From an uncultured Rhodospirillaceae bacterium (lineage in GTDB: Bacteria > Pseudomonadota > Alphaproteobacteria > Rhodospirillales > Defluviicoccaceae): a stretch of 64,000 nt of DNA. The notes below the pieces were generated by a model. The model ran no database searches and was not told the origin of the DNA. It saw nothing but the letters and a program-made list of their open reading frames with translations. Where the stretch lies: contig CAZRWU010000001.1 of the NCBI GenBank assembly GCA_964603915.1, positions 27,580 to 91,579 on the forward strand, given 5' to 3'. Positions 19,587 to 28,373 of the stretch are shown one piece after another. Numbering within the stretch: position 1 is the stretch's first letter; each line of letters begins with the position of its first letter. Made by a program: the position numbers and the translations under genes.

Positions 19587-20303
19587 CTAATGCTTCCGCT
19601 CCGCGATCACCTTCTGGTAGAGCCCCCCGAAATACGTGTCCTTGCGCCAACGGAATTCCCCGGGCTCGCTCGCGAAATCCTTGATTTCACGGCAGATCAG
19701 ACCGTAGGCATAAGGTTCCAGCCAACGAAACACGCCTTCCATAACCATCCGCGTGGGATGAAATGGCCACGAACGGTGATAGTCGACGAAGACAACCTTG
19801 CCGCCGGGGACCACGCTGTGCAGCAGTGCGTTAACGACGGCGCGTTTTTCATCATCCGGGATTTCATGGAGAAGAAAAAAACAACACACCCCGTCATAGA
19901 GCCCGCCGCCCGGCGCCGCGGCATTCGCCAGCCTGACGGATGCCTGCGGATAGCGGACAAGCTTCCGGCGACAGTTTTCGACCTGAATAGGGGCAATGTC
20001 GATGACTTCGAGACGCCCCTCGCGGCCGACGGTCTCGGCGAGACTGGTAGAAAGGTTGCCATACACGCTGGCTGCCTGAAGAACCCGCTGTCCCCGCTGG
20101 AATTCGCTGCAGGTCGCCCGCAACAGACGCGAAAAATTGCCCCATAGGATGGCGCTGACGACAAAGGGATTATCCAGCAAAAGGACGCTGGCCGGACGCA
20201 GATAAGCCCATGTGTAGGTGTCAACCAGGTAATCAGGGAGCTTTACGGATTCATCTTCCTGCCGTCCACCGACCATGAGGTCGGGCTTGATTCCGCCGTC
20301 CAT
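19587..20303 (-). CDS. rquA: RquA-like methyltransferase-fold protein (rhodoquinone biosynthesis candidate)
   Basis: Class I methyltransferase-like protein in which motif I reads VLQAASVYG rather than GxGxG. Also PDYLVDTYTWAYLRP, FFLLHEIPD, VFVDYH and YFGGLYQK, which I recognise as RquA-type. ATG 20303 is preceded by GGGAGAGG; the ORF-track TTG start is 20354. Confidence 0.6.
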   Translation of the reverse strand: MDGGIKPDLMVGGRQEDESVKLPDYLVDTYTWAYLRPASVLLLDNPFVVSAILWGNFSRLLRATCSEFQRGQRVLQAASVYGNLSTSLAETVGREGRLEVIDIAPIQVENCRRKLVRYPQASVRLANAAAPGGGLYDGVCCFFLLHEIPDDEKRAVVNALLHSVVPGGKVVFVDYHRSWPFHPTRMVMEGVFRWLEPYAYGLICREIKDFASEPGEFRWRKDTYFGGLYQKVIAERKH

Positions 20304-20408
20304 GCTGACTGCCTCTCCCGTCAACGAAACCCTCGAATACACTGATTTCGACAAGGCTGCAAATTGGAATCCCCTTGTCGGACAACCGTGATGGCCGACA
20401 AAACCTGC

Positions 20409-20897
20409 TCATGCGGCGTGTTCAGTTGATGGGCGTTGTCGATCGGCTGCCGCGCCGCAGCGGCGAAGCACAAAGAGGATACGCTCGATGTGCTCGATCA
20501 GATTGTTGTCCGGGTGGTCGCGGTTCCGTTCGAACGCAAGTCGATCCCGCCAGAGCGCAAGGTAATCTCGGGGTTGATCCGGATTGGCGCGTTCGCCCGT
20601 CAACGCGCCGATCGTCCGCTCGAAATCCGGATGAAGTTCAGGCTGAAACGCGAGGAGCGCGTATTCCTCGTCGGTCAGCCCGCCGGCCAGAAAGAGACTT
20701 AAACTCATTTCGGCCATTTCGCGTGGAGAATAGCGGCAGGCCAGCTCCGGGTCGGTAGCGGCGCCATGTGCGGTCCGGCTTCCGCCGCTGACGTTGGTTT
20801 GTGCGACATGCCAGAATGGCAGCGGCAGGCCGCTCCAGAAACGCTGACGCGGACGGTGATCGGTCATGTCCGAGGAACAAAACCAAATCGGCTTCAT
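20409..20897 (-). CDS. Hypothetical protein (no family recognised)
   Basis: 162-aa ORF with balanced, acidic, helical-looking composition. The overlapping plus-strand ORFs are Arg-rich shadows. Its ATG overlaps the GGDEF gene stop in an ATGA (20894..20897). An alternative start is 20867 (MTDHR). Confidence 0.5.
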   Translation of the reverse strand: MKPIWFCSSDMTDHRPRQRFWSGLPLPFWHVAQTNVSGGSRTAHGAATDPELACRYSPREMAEMSLSLFLAGGLTDEEYALLAFQPELHPDFERTIGALTGERANPDQPRDYLALWRDRLAFERNRDHPDNNLIEHIERILFVLRRCGAAADRQRPSTEHAA

Positions 20898-21673
20898 GAC
20901 GCCAGTTTCTCCGCAGGAAGCGCCGGCAGCGGCTCTGCGGCGCGGTTATGGCTCAGGTGTGTCGGTCGGTCCGGACGCTTCAGTCGGCTCGCCTTCTGCG
21001 CGTACATCCTTCGATCGGCGTCTTGAATCAGCGCCTCGTAACAATCGCAAGGCCCGTAGGCACGCGCGCCGATGCTGGCCCTGACGGCAATCGCTTCGCG
21101 CCGCCAATGCACGACCGCGGACTGTAACGTTCTCTCGAGCGCCAAACGACGTCTCGCCCCACCGGCGGCGCAGGCTTTTGTCAGCAGCACAACGAACTCG
21201 TCGCCGCCGATCCGCGCGACAACGTCGCTTCGGCGGACGTTCTGTTTCAGCAGAGCAGCGACTTCCCGCAGAACCGCGTCCCCCGCGGCATGGCCATAAA
21301 CGTCATTGACGCGCTTGAAGCCGTCCAGGTCGACAAACAGGAGAACGCCGGTTTCGCCATGCCGGCGCGCAAGATCGAGAACCCGCTTCAGCTCGGCTTC
21401 AAATCCCCGCCGGTTCAGCACTCCGGTCAGTTCATCGGTCGTCACCAGCTGCTCGAGGCATGCGATGCGCTCGCGCAGCGCGACGATTTCTCGTTCGGCA
21501 CGAATAGCGGCGGATATCGCGTAGCCCGTCGCCTCTTGCAAGCAAGCCGCCGCCATGCCGTCCGCGGCGCGGTGCCCAAGTCGCTCGGCAAGCTCCAACA
21601 CCGCAGGGACGAGTTCGGCGCAGCAGTCCGCCGCCGCCAACGCATCGAGTTGTCCTTGGCGATCAAACTTCAT
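20894..21673 (-). CDS. Diguanylate cyclase (GGDEF domain) with RxxD I-site
   Basis: Motifs seen: LTGVLNRRGF, FVDLDGFKRVND, and RRSD-5 aa-GGDEF. The ~85-aa N-terminal region is helical and has no recognised sensor domain. Confidence 0.85.
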   Translation of the reverse strand: MKFDRQGQLDALAAADCCAELVPAVLELAERLGHRAADGMAAACLQEATGYAISAAIRAEREIVALRERIACLEQLVTTDELTGVLNRRGFEAELKRVLDLARRHGETGVLLFVDLDGFKRVNDVYGHAAGDAVLREVAALLKQNVRRSDVVARIGGDEFVVLLTKACAAGGARRRLALERTLQSAVVHWRREAIAVRASIGARAYGPCDCYEALIQDADRRMYAQKASRLKRPDRPTHLSHNRAAEPLPALPAEKLAS

Positions 21674-22010
21674 GAATTTCCTCTCACGCGTCGACCAGAC
21701 GCTGCTCGTTGTGATGGGTGCTTGTACTCAGCAACCGGCTGAAGGGTTAGCAACCGGCGTGCCACCCCTGTTCAGCTGAAGAAGATCATGGTTTCCGGCG
21801 CTCGTACTTGGGGTCGCGCGGTAAGAATTGCCGAGATGAGGTTGTTTGTGCCTGATCGATTGCGCCGCCGGCGGCCTCGCGACGCCACATTTTCGCCAAG
21901 GACGCCCGCTTCCCTGGCAAGGGATCGAAGTGGACAGCCCCGGTTCCGGGAGCTTAATAATGCATCTGGCGATCCCACCCCGGCGTAAGAGAAGACGTAA
22001 GCCACACATC

Positions 22011-22814
22011 ATGAAGAAGACTTGGATTATCTTCGGGCTCATCTTGGCATTGAGCGCGGGTCAGTCGGGCATTGCCGTCGCGGAGTTGCTGCCCCACCGG
22101 GCGGCGTATCGCATGTCGCTTGCTTCGGCAACGCGAACGTCCGGTCTGGTGGCCGCCAAAGGCGTCATGATTTACACGTTCGGCAAGAGCTGCGATGGAT
22201 GGACGGTCGAGAACCGCACCTACCTGGCGCTGACGTACGAGAGCGGCGCCTATGCGGAAACCGTATGGACATTCGCCAGTTCGGAGTCCGCCGATGGCCT
22301 TGATTTTCGCTTCCGGGCCCGGTTCGAAGAAAGCGGCAGGATTGTCGAGAGAGTTCGCGGATACGCCAGGCTGTCCGGGCAAGGAGAAGACGGGACGGCT
22401 TGGCTCGCCGAGCCTGAGGAGATGGAGGTGCCGCTCCCGAAGGGCACCGTTTTTCCGACCCAGCACATGCGCCAGCTGATTGCCGCAGCGGAGCGCGGTG
22501 ATTCCGCTCTCCAGCGCATCGTGTTCGACGGCACCAGCCTCCAAAATCCTTATCTGGTCAATGCCTTGCTTGGACCCTTGCCAGCCCACGCGGAGCAAGC
22601 GCTCGCCGCTTCCGTCGGCCTTCCGCTTGCTCCGGCGTGGTGGACACGCCTCGCATACTTTCCATTGCACAGTCGCGAGGCGACGCCCGAGTTCGAGCTC
22701 AGCGCCCGTTACCGCGTCGACGGAGTGGCTGGCGAGATCACCCAACAGTTCGACGACTTCACCTTGCGCGTGAGACTCGACCGTTTGGAAACTCTGGCCG
22801 AGCCGGATTGCTGA
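22011..22814 (+). CDS. eipB: Cell-envelope integrity EipB family protein (DUF1849)
   Basis: ATG 22011 (MKKTWIIFGLILALSAGQSGIAVA signal peptide). LLPHRAAYRMSL...GKSCDGWTVENR matches the DUF1849 pattern. Confidence 0.7.
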   Translation: MKKTWIIFGLILALSAGQSGIAVAELLPHRAAYRMSLASATRTSGLVAAKGVMIYTFGKSCDGWTVENRTYLALTYESGAYAETVWTFASSESADGLDFRFRARFEESGRIVERVRGYARLSGQGEDGTAWLAEPEEMEVPLPKGTVFPTQHMRQLIAAAERGDSALQRIVFDGTSLQNPYLVNALLGPLPAHAEQALAASVGLPLAPAWWTRLAYFPLHSREATPEFELSARYRVDGVAGEITQQFDDFTLRVRLDRLETLAEPDC

Positions 22815-22826
22815 ATCCCTCGCCTC

Positions 22827-23054
22827 TTACTGCGCCCTGCGGAGACGGATGACGAAAACGCCATCCTCTTGGCGGCTGTCGAGAAGAACATGGCCGGCTG
22901 TCTGGCAGAAGGAACGAAAATCCTCCGGTGCTGAAGGATCGGTCGCGAGAATGGTCAGGTCATCACCGGGTTTAAGAGCGCGAAGCATCTTATTGGCGCG
23001 GAGAACGGGAAGTGGACAGAGAAGGCCTCGTGCATCAAGGGTGCTGTGGCTCAT
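22827..23054 (-). CDS. tusA: Sulfurtransferase TusA family protein
   Basis: 75 aa with the LLCPLPVLR (CPxP) active-site motif. Confidence 0.8.
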   Translation of the reverse strand: MSHSTLDARGLLCPLPVLRANKMLRALKPGDDLTILATDPSAPEDFRSFCQTAGHVLLDSRQEDGVFVIRLRRAQ

Positions 23055-23210
23055 CTTGCCTTGCCATTTTTCATGATGTTTCGCTCAATGCCTCATGGCA
23101 AAAGCCGCGCCAGGATTCAAGCCAGGATACATCAGGCGGAGGGAGACAAGTTACCAAGGCGACGCATGAGATGCATATTTCACAAGTTTTTCTCGATAAT
23201 ATGATACAAT

Positions 23211-23235
23211 TTACCTCTGGTAGGATCCTAGGTAA
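23211..23235. promoter_or_regulatory. Palindromic operator candidate in the tusA / arsR-family divergent region
   Basis: TTACC-TCTGG-TAGGATCCTA-GGTAA. The 10-bp core TAGGATCCTA is a perfect palindrome with flanking TTACC/GGTAA arms. It lies in an AT-rich intergenic stretch. Confidence 0.3.
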
Positions 23236-23366
23236 TTCGGTATGGTGCTTTCCATAAATACACCTGATTGCGGACTCAGGGAGTCATCGTCTGGCCAGGT
23301 GAATGCAGGGAGGCATCAACCTGTGAACAGTCGCGACGTGGGATAAGCAGGAAGTTGGGGCACATC

Positions 23367-23741
23367 ATGGACCTCGAAGCGATGGAGGTGCGGGCGCGCC
23401 GCGCCAGTACGCTGCTCAAAGCGATGGGGAATCCGCACCGGCTGATGATTCTCTGCCGTTTGGCCGAAGGCGAGAAATGTGTCGGCGAATTGGAGCGCAT
23501 GATTGGCCTCAGCCAGTCGGCGCTTTCGCAGCATCTGGCGCGGCTCCGGCGCGATCACGTCGTCACCACCCGTCGCGTCGCGCAGACAATCTACTATTCG
23601 CTGGCGGGACCCGAGGCGCGCTCCATCATCGTCACGCTCTACAATCTTTATTGCGGGGCAGATGCGGATGATTTTACAAGCAAGACGATGCCTCTTGTCG
23701 ACGCCGGCCCCTCGAAGGTCACCTCTGCCAGCGCGGGTTGA
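23367..23741 (+). CDS. ArsR/SmtB family transcriptional regulator, YgaV-like
   Basis: ATG 23367. LLKAMGNPHRLMILCRL...CVGEL...GLSQSALSQHLARLRRD...QTIYYSL...LYNLYCG closely parallels E. coli YgaV as I remember it, including the C-terminal YC. Confidence 0.8.
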   Translation: MDLEAMEVRARRASTLLKAMGNPHRLMILCRLAEGEKCVGELERMIGLSQSALSQHLARLRRDHVVTTRRVAQTIYYSLAGPEARSIIVTLYNLYCGADADDFTSKTMPLVDAGPSKVTSASAG

Positions 23742-23951
23742 GGTCCTCTCAACCCGGTTGCCCCGAACGTTTTGCGCATCGGCGCGTGTACTCCATAATC
23801 AGAGCGCGAAACAATATGGGGCGGCGGGTAATAATGCGTCTTGCGTACTCCAGCCATCTTGCAAATAGCCGCTTACAGGCGAGCAATGCGCTGTAGACGG
23901 TGATATATAGGATGCGCAATCGCCTTTTTATATGACGCGGAGCACTGTGCC

Positions 23952-25361
23952 ATGGACTCTCCGGCCCCGCCCTCCTCACCTTTCGGTGCGACGGCGGCCC
24001 GAGACGTCGCCTACAGCATCCACCCCTACACGCACCTGCGTCGTCATCAGGAGACCGGCCCCCTTGTCATTGTTCGCGGTGAAGGAGTGCGCGTCTATGA
24101 CGATGCGGGCAAGGGATATATCGAGGGGTTGGCCGGGCTTTGGTGCACATCTCTCGGATGGTCGGAACAACGGCTTGTCGATGCCGCCGAGCGGGCCTTG
24201 CGCCAGTTGCCGATGTATCATGGCTTCGCCGGAAAGGCCGTGGTTTCTTCGATCGACTTGGCCGAGATCCTCATCAACCGCGCCCCGGCGCCGATGTCCA
24301 AGGTGTTCTTCGCCAACTCCGGCTCGGAAGCCAATGATTCAGCGATCAAGTTGATCTGGTACTACAACAACGCGATCGGACGGCCGCGCAAGAAAAAGAT
24401 CATCTCGCGCCTGCGCGGCTACCACGGGGTTACCGTCGCGACCGCGAGCTTGACTGGGCTGCCGGCCAACCATCGCGATTTCGATCTGCCCATCGCCGGC
24501 GTTGTGCATACGGACTGTCCTCACTTTTATCGGTACGCCCATCCTGGCGAGAGCGAAGAGACCTTCGCGAACCGGCTCGCCGAAAATCTTGAGGCCCTGA
24601 TTCTGGCCGAAGGACCGGAAACAGTGGCGGCCATGTTCGCCGAACCGATTATGGGAGCGGGAGGCGTTATCGTCCCCCCTCGGGGCTATTTCGCCAAAAT
24701 TCAGGAGGTCTTGACGCGTTACGATGTTTTGCTCGTCGCGGACGAAGTGATTTGCGGGTTCGGTCGGACGGGAAACGCTTGGGGTTCGCAAACATTCGGC
24801 CTTCAGCCCGATATTCTGACCTGCGCCAAGGCGCTCTCGTCGGGTTACATCCCGATCTCGGCGGTCATGATCTCGGAGCCGATCTGGCAGGCGATGGTCG
24901 CGCAAAGTGACAAGATCGGCGTATTTGGACACGGATTCACCTACTCCGGCCATCCCGTCGCCACGGCCGTGGCCTTGGAGGCGATGAAGATCTACGACGA
25001 GATCGATATCGTGAGCCATGTGCGCGCGGTCGCTCCATCACTGCAGAACGGGCTTCGCCGCTTCGCCGACCATCCGTTGGTGGGAGAAGTGCGCGGGGTT
25101 GGCCTCATCGCCGCGGTCGAGATCGTCCAGGACAAGACAACCAAGGCCCTGTTCGATCCGGCCATGATGATTGCGGCCCGTGTCGCCAAGCGTGCCGAGG
25201 CCCATGGATTGATCGTTCGGCCGCTGGCGGGGGATGTGATCGCCTTCGCACCGCCGCTGATCATCAAGGCCGGCGAGATCGAGGAAATGCTGGAGAGCTT
25301 TGGCAAGGCCCTGGACGAGACCTGGACATGGCTGCAAACCGATGCTGCGAGTTCGACTTAA
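23952..25361 (+). CDS. Class III (omega) aminotransferase
   Basis: 469 aa. Motifs seen: ANSGSEANDSAIK, DEVICGFGRTG, and CAKALSSGYIP (PLP lysine). Confidence 0.85.
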   Translation: MDSPAPPSSPFGATAARDVAYSIHPYTHLRRHQETGPLVIVRGEGVRVYDDAGKGYIEGLAGLWCTSLGWSEQRLVDAAERALRQLPMYHGFAGKAVVSSIDLAEILINRAPAPMSKVFFANSGSEANDSAIKLIWYYNNAIGRPRKKKIISRLRGYHGVTVATASLTGLPANHRDFDLPIAGVVHTDCPHFYRYAHPGESEETFANRLAENLEALILAEGPETVAAMFAEPIMGAGGVIVPPRGYFAKIQEVLTRYDVLLVADEVICGFGRTGNAWGSQTFGLQPDILTCAKALSSGYIPISAVMISEPIWQAMVAQSDKIGVFGHGFTYSGHPVATAVALEAMKIYDEIDIVSHVRAVAPSLQNGLRRFADHPLVGEVRGVGLIAAVEIVQDKTTKALFDPAMMIAARVAKRAEAHGLIVRPLAGDVIAFAPPLIIKAGEIEEMLESFGKALDETWTWLQTDAASST

Positions 25362-25540
25362 GTGCAGGCGGCGGCTGAAGCGCTGGCCTACCGGAGACAT
25401 CGCGGTTACATTCGAGCGTTCTCGTGGAGAAGCCTCTTGATGGATGAGACGCACGACAGAAAAGACGGATGACAACGAACGCTGATAGCCGAGGTCGTGC
25501 GACGGCTGCTTCACGTCGGAGAAGTGGGAGAAGGGCACCG

Positions 25541-26752
25541 ATGGATTACGAGCAATTTTTCACCGACAAGGTCATGGCGTTGAAGAAGGAGGGTCGTTAC
25601 CGCGTTTTCGCCAATCTGGAACGGAAAGCCGGGCGTTTCCCAAAGGCGGCGTTCCGCGGCAATGACGGCGAACGAGAAATCACGGTCTGGTGTTCCAACG
25701 ATTATCTCGGGATGGGACAGCACCCCGATGTCCTCTATGCGATGCATTCCGCCCTCGACCAGTGCGGCGCTGGCGCCGGAGGCACCCGCAATATCTCGGG
25801 AACCAATTACTATCATGTCCTGCTGGAGCATGAGCTCGCCGATCTTCACCGTACCGAAGCCGCGTTGATCTTCGGCTCCGGCTGGATCGCCAACATGACG
25901 GCGCTGTGCACCATTTGCCAGCTCATCCCCAACTGCCTCGTTCTTTCCGACGAGAAGAATCACAACTCGATGATCGAGGGCATCATCCATTCGCGGGCGG
26001 AAAAGCGGCTTTTTCGCCACAACGATGTCGACCATCTCGATCAGATCTTGTCCGAATATCCGTCCGATCGCCCGAAACTGGTCGCTTTCGAATCCGTCTA
26101 CTCCATGGACGGAGACATCTCGCCGATCGGTGAGATCTGCGATGTCGCCGACAAGTGGGGCGCGATGACGTTTCTCGACGAAGTTCACGCTGTCGGCCTG
26201 TATGGAGTGCGCGGCGCGGGCGTTGCCGAGCGCGACGGCGTCATGCACCGGCTGACCATCATTCAAGGAACCCTGGCGAAGGCCTTTGGCGTTGTCGGCG
26301 GCTACATCGCCGGATCGGCGTCGATGTGCGATTTTGTCCGCTCCTATGGCAATGGCTTTATTTTCTCCTCGGCGATGCCGCCAACGGTCGCCGCCGGGGC
26401 CCTTGCCAGCGTCCGGTTTCTCAAGCAGCACAACGAGATACGCGAGCGCCATCAAGAGCGCGCGGCGACGTTGAAGCGGCGCTTGCGGCAAGCGGGCTTT
26501 CCCGTGATGCCCTCTCAGTCTCACATCGTTCCAGTGCTCGTCGGCGACCCGGTGTTGTGCAAGCAGGCCACTGATCTGCTTTTGAGCGAACACGCCATCT
26601 ATGTGCAGCCGATCAACTACCCGACGGTGACGCGCGGCACGGAACGTCTTCGCTTCACGCCCACGCCGCTGCATGATGATGACGAGATCGATCGTCTGGT
26701 CGCGGCGATGGAGGACGTCTGGCGCAAACTCCAGCTTCGCTTGGCTGCCTGA
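25541..26752 (+). CDS. hemA: 5-aminolevulinate synthase
   Basis: ATG 25541 (MDYEQFFTDKVMALKKEGRYRVF). Motifs seen: WCSNDYLGM, DEVHAVGLYG, GTLAKAFG. Confidence 0.9.
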   Translation: MDYEQFFTDKVMALKKEGRYRVFANLERKAGRFPKAAFRGNDGEREITVWCSNDYLGMGQHPDVLYAMHSALDQCGAGAGGTRNISGTNYYHVLLEHELADLHRTEAALIFGSGWIANMTALCTICQLIPNCLVLSDEKNHNSMIEGIIHSRAEKRLFRHNDVDHLDQILSEYPSDRPKLVAFESVYSMDGDISPIGEICDVADKWGAMTFLDEVHAVGLYGVRGAGVAERDGVMHRLTIIQGTLAKAFGVVGGYIAGSASMCDFVRSYGNGFIFSSAMPPTVAAGALASVRFLKQHNEIRERHQERAATLKRRLRQAGFPVMPSQSHIVPVLVGDPVLCKQATDLLLSEHAIYVQPINYPTVTRGTERLRFTPTPLHDDDEIDRLVAAMEDVWRKLQLRLAA

Positions 26753-26894
26753 AAGGCCCTGGCCTTAACGCTCCTGCCGGGCGGCGGGGACGCGCCCGGA
26801 CATGGTGACCGCGCGCCGAACGGGCGGCCATGGACTTCGCCGAGCCGCTCGGGCATGATTACGGGAGCGGTAAAGGTGGAAGGGTCGCCCGCGC

Positions 26895-27440
26895 ATGTTT
26901 GCCGATCACACGCTGACGCCCAAGGAAGCGACCAGGCTCGCCGCACTGGGCACCCTCGCGCTGGAGCCACGGACTTACAGCGACTTGGCCACCGCGATCC
27001 GCCACTTCATTGGCAGCGTGATCGGCCCGTCGCCGGAAATCATGGGGCACTCCATCGAGTTGCTGCGTTATGAAGAGCTTGTCGAATCCGATGAACGCGA
27101 CGGCGTTGACGGTCTCCTTCGGCTGACTGCGAAAGGGCGCGAGGAAATGCGAACGCTCTTGTGCGCCAACCTCCGCGCTGCCGATACCGCTTTAAACAAG
27201 CTCGTCATCGCTCTCAAGTTTCGCTTTCTCCACCTGCTCGATCCGCATGAGCAGTGCATGCAAGCGGATGTGCTCGTCGATGTCTGCGAACAAGAGCTTG
27301 CCCGGCTTGACGACCTGCGCAGACGTCATGCCCGCGACCAAGGTCATCTTGCCGAGTGGCTGGAGCATGACATCACGCTGTTGGAGCAGCGTCTGCGCTG
27401 GCTGATCGCTTTCCGGAGTCGTCTCTGCTCCCCGACCTGA
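26895..27440 (+). CDS. PadR-like winged-helix protein with C-terminal coiled-coil region (tentative)
   Basis: 181 aa. The N-terminus, ALGTLALEPRTYSDLATAIRHF...SPEIMGHSIELLRYEELVE...LRLTAKGREEM, resembles the PadR wHTH layout. No firm family call. Confidence 0.45.
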   Translation: MFADHTLTPKEATRLAALGTLALEPRTYSDLATAIRHFIGSVIGPSPEIMGHSIELLRYEELVESDERDGVDGLLRLTAKGREEMRTLLCANLRAADTALNKLVIALKFRFLHLLDPHEQCMQADVLVDVCEQELARLDDLRRRHARDQGHLAEWLEHDITLLEQRLRWLIAFRSRLCSPT

Positions 27441-27454
27441 AGCTCCGCCGACAA

Positions 27455-27640
27455 GTGATCCGAACTCCTCTTGCCATCGATCTTGTGTCGCTTCTGGCGG
27501 TTATCGTTTTTGCGCTATCCTGGTTCTTCCTCGCCCGGACAGATGAGGGAGAAGGCGTTGTTCGGCTGTTTTTCCGATCGATGATGATCATCGCCGCGGC
27601 CATCGGCATATTCGGGCTGATCCTAAGATTCATGACCTGA
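27455..27640 (+). CDS. Small two-helix membrane protein (tentative)
   Basis: 61-aa ORF with two hydrophobic segments, 15 nt after the PadR-like stop. GTG start and no clear SD. Confidence 0.3.
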   Translation: MIRTPLAIDLVSLLAVIVFALSWFFLARTDEGEGVVRLFFRSMMIIAAAIGIFGLILRFMT

Positions 27641-27702
27641 TCGCGATCTGCGGCTGCGCACCTTCGACGCCATTGGCGACGGCGCGGTTCGCCGCAGGCC
27701 GA

Positions 27703-28359
27703 CTACCCGGTAAAGTTCCGTCGGCCAATCCAACGTGGTCGCATGGCGAACGGCGAGGTCAAAACATCCAGGGCATTCCGAAAGCTGTTCCGGATCCTCG
27801 GAAAGACCAGAGCATCGTCGAGACGCCGGTCGAGGAAGCTCCAGGTCGCCGCGCCGTCGTCCGAGTAATCTTCGATCCAGTAAAGAACCGTCGCCACGTA
27901 TATCGGCGCGAGCGTCAAGCGCTTGCTGTAAAAGTTGATATCCGTCGCCGTATCGCCCACCGCGTACCAGATGGCGCTGAGCGTATCGAACGTATTGCGC
28001 GCCGCGGTTGCGGTGTTCTGTGGCATTGCCAGAAAGGACATGGTCCGGCGCACCGCCTCCCGGTACGGCGCATTGACGTCGATCCGCAATCGGATCGCCG
28101 TCGTCAGTTTCTCGCGGAACGGCTTGTCAGCCATCTCCGCCTTGCCCATCTGCTCGAGCATGTAGCGGTCGTCACGATCCGACCAGAAACGGATCATGTC
28201 CCGCGGGCCGCCGGGGAACACCCGCAACGCCATGTCCGGCGGATAGCCGGCGCTTTCGGCGCCCATCTTCAAGGTCCGCTCCACCCAGCCGTCGAAGGCG
28301 ACGTTCGGCAGTGTCGCAAAGAGGATCTTTTCGCGAGCTTCCCGGTATTCTCTGTCCAT
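27703..28359 (-). CDS. COQ9 family protein (rpsU-divergently transcribed protein family)
   Basis: 218 aa with the FDGW...FLDRRLDD pattern. Position relative to rpsU matches the named family. Confidence 0.75.
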   Translation of the reverse strand: MDREYREAREKILFATLPNVAFDGWVERTLKMGAESAGYPPDMALRVFPGGPRDMIRFWSDRDDRYMLEQMGKAEMADKPFREKLTTAIRLRIDVNAPYREAVRRTMSFLAMPQNTATAARNTFDTLSAIWYAVGDTATDINFYSKRLTLAPIYVATVLYWIEDYSDDGAATWSFLDRRLDDALVFPRIRNSFRNALDVLTSPFAMRPRWIGRRNFTG

Positions 28360-28373
28360 GAACTTGTTCCGTC

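Noticed and set aside
20409-20897. Hemerythrin-like reading of the orphan protein, based on H...E/H spacing in HPDNNLIEHIERILF
   Set aside because: Only one partial motif is present. The full H-HxxxE-H-HxxxxD ligand set is not present. The evidence is too weak to report as a call.
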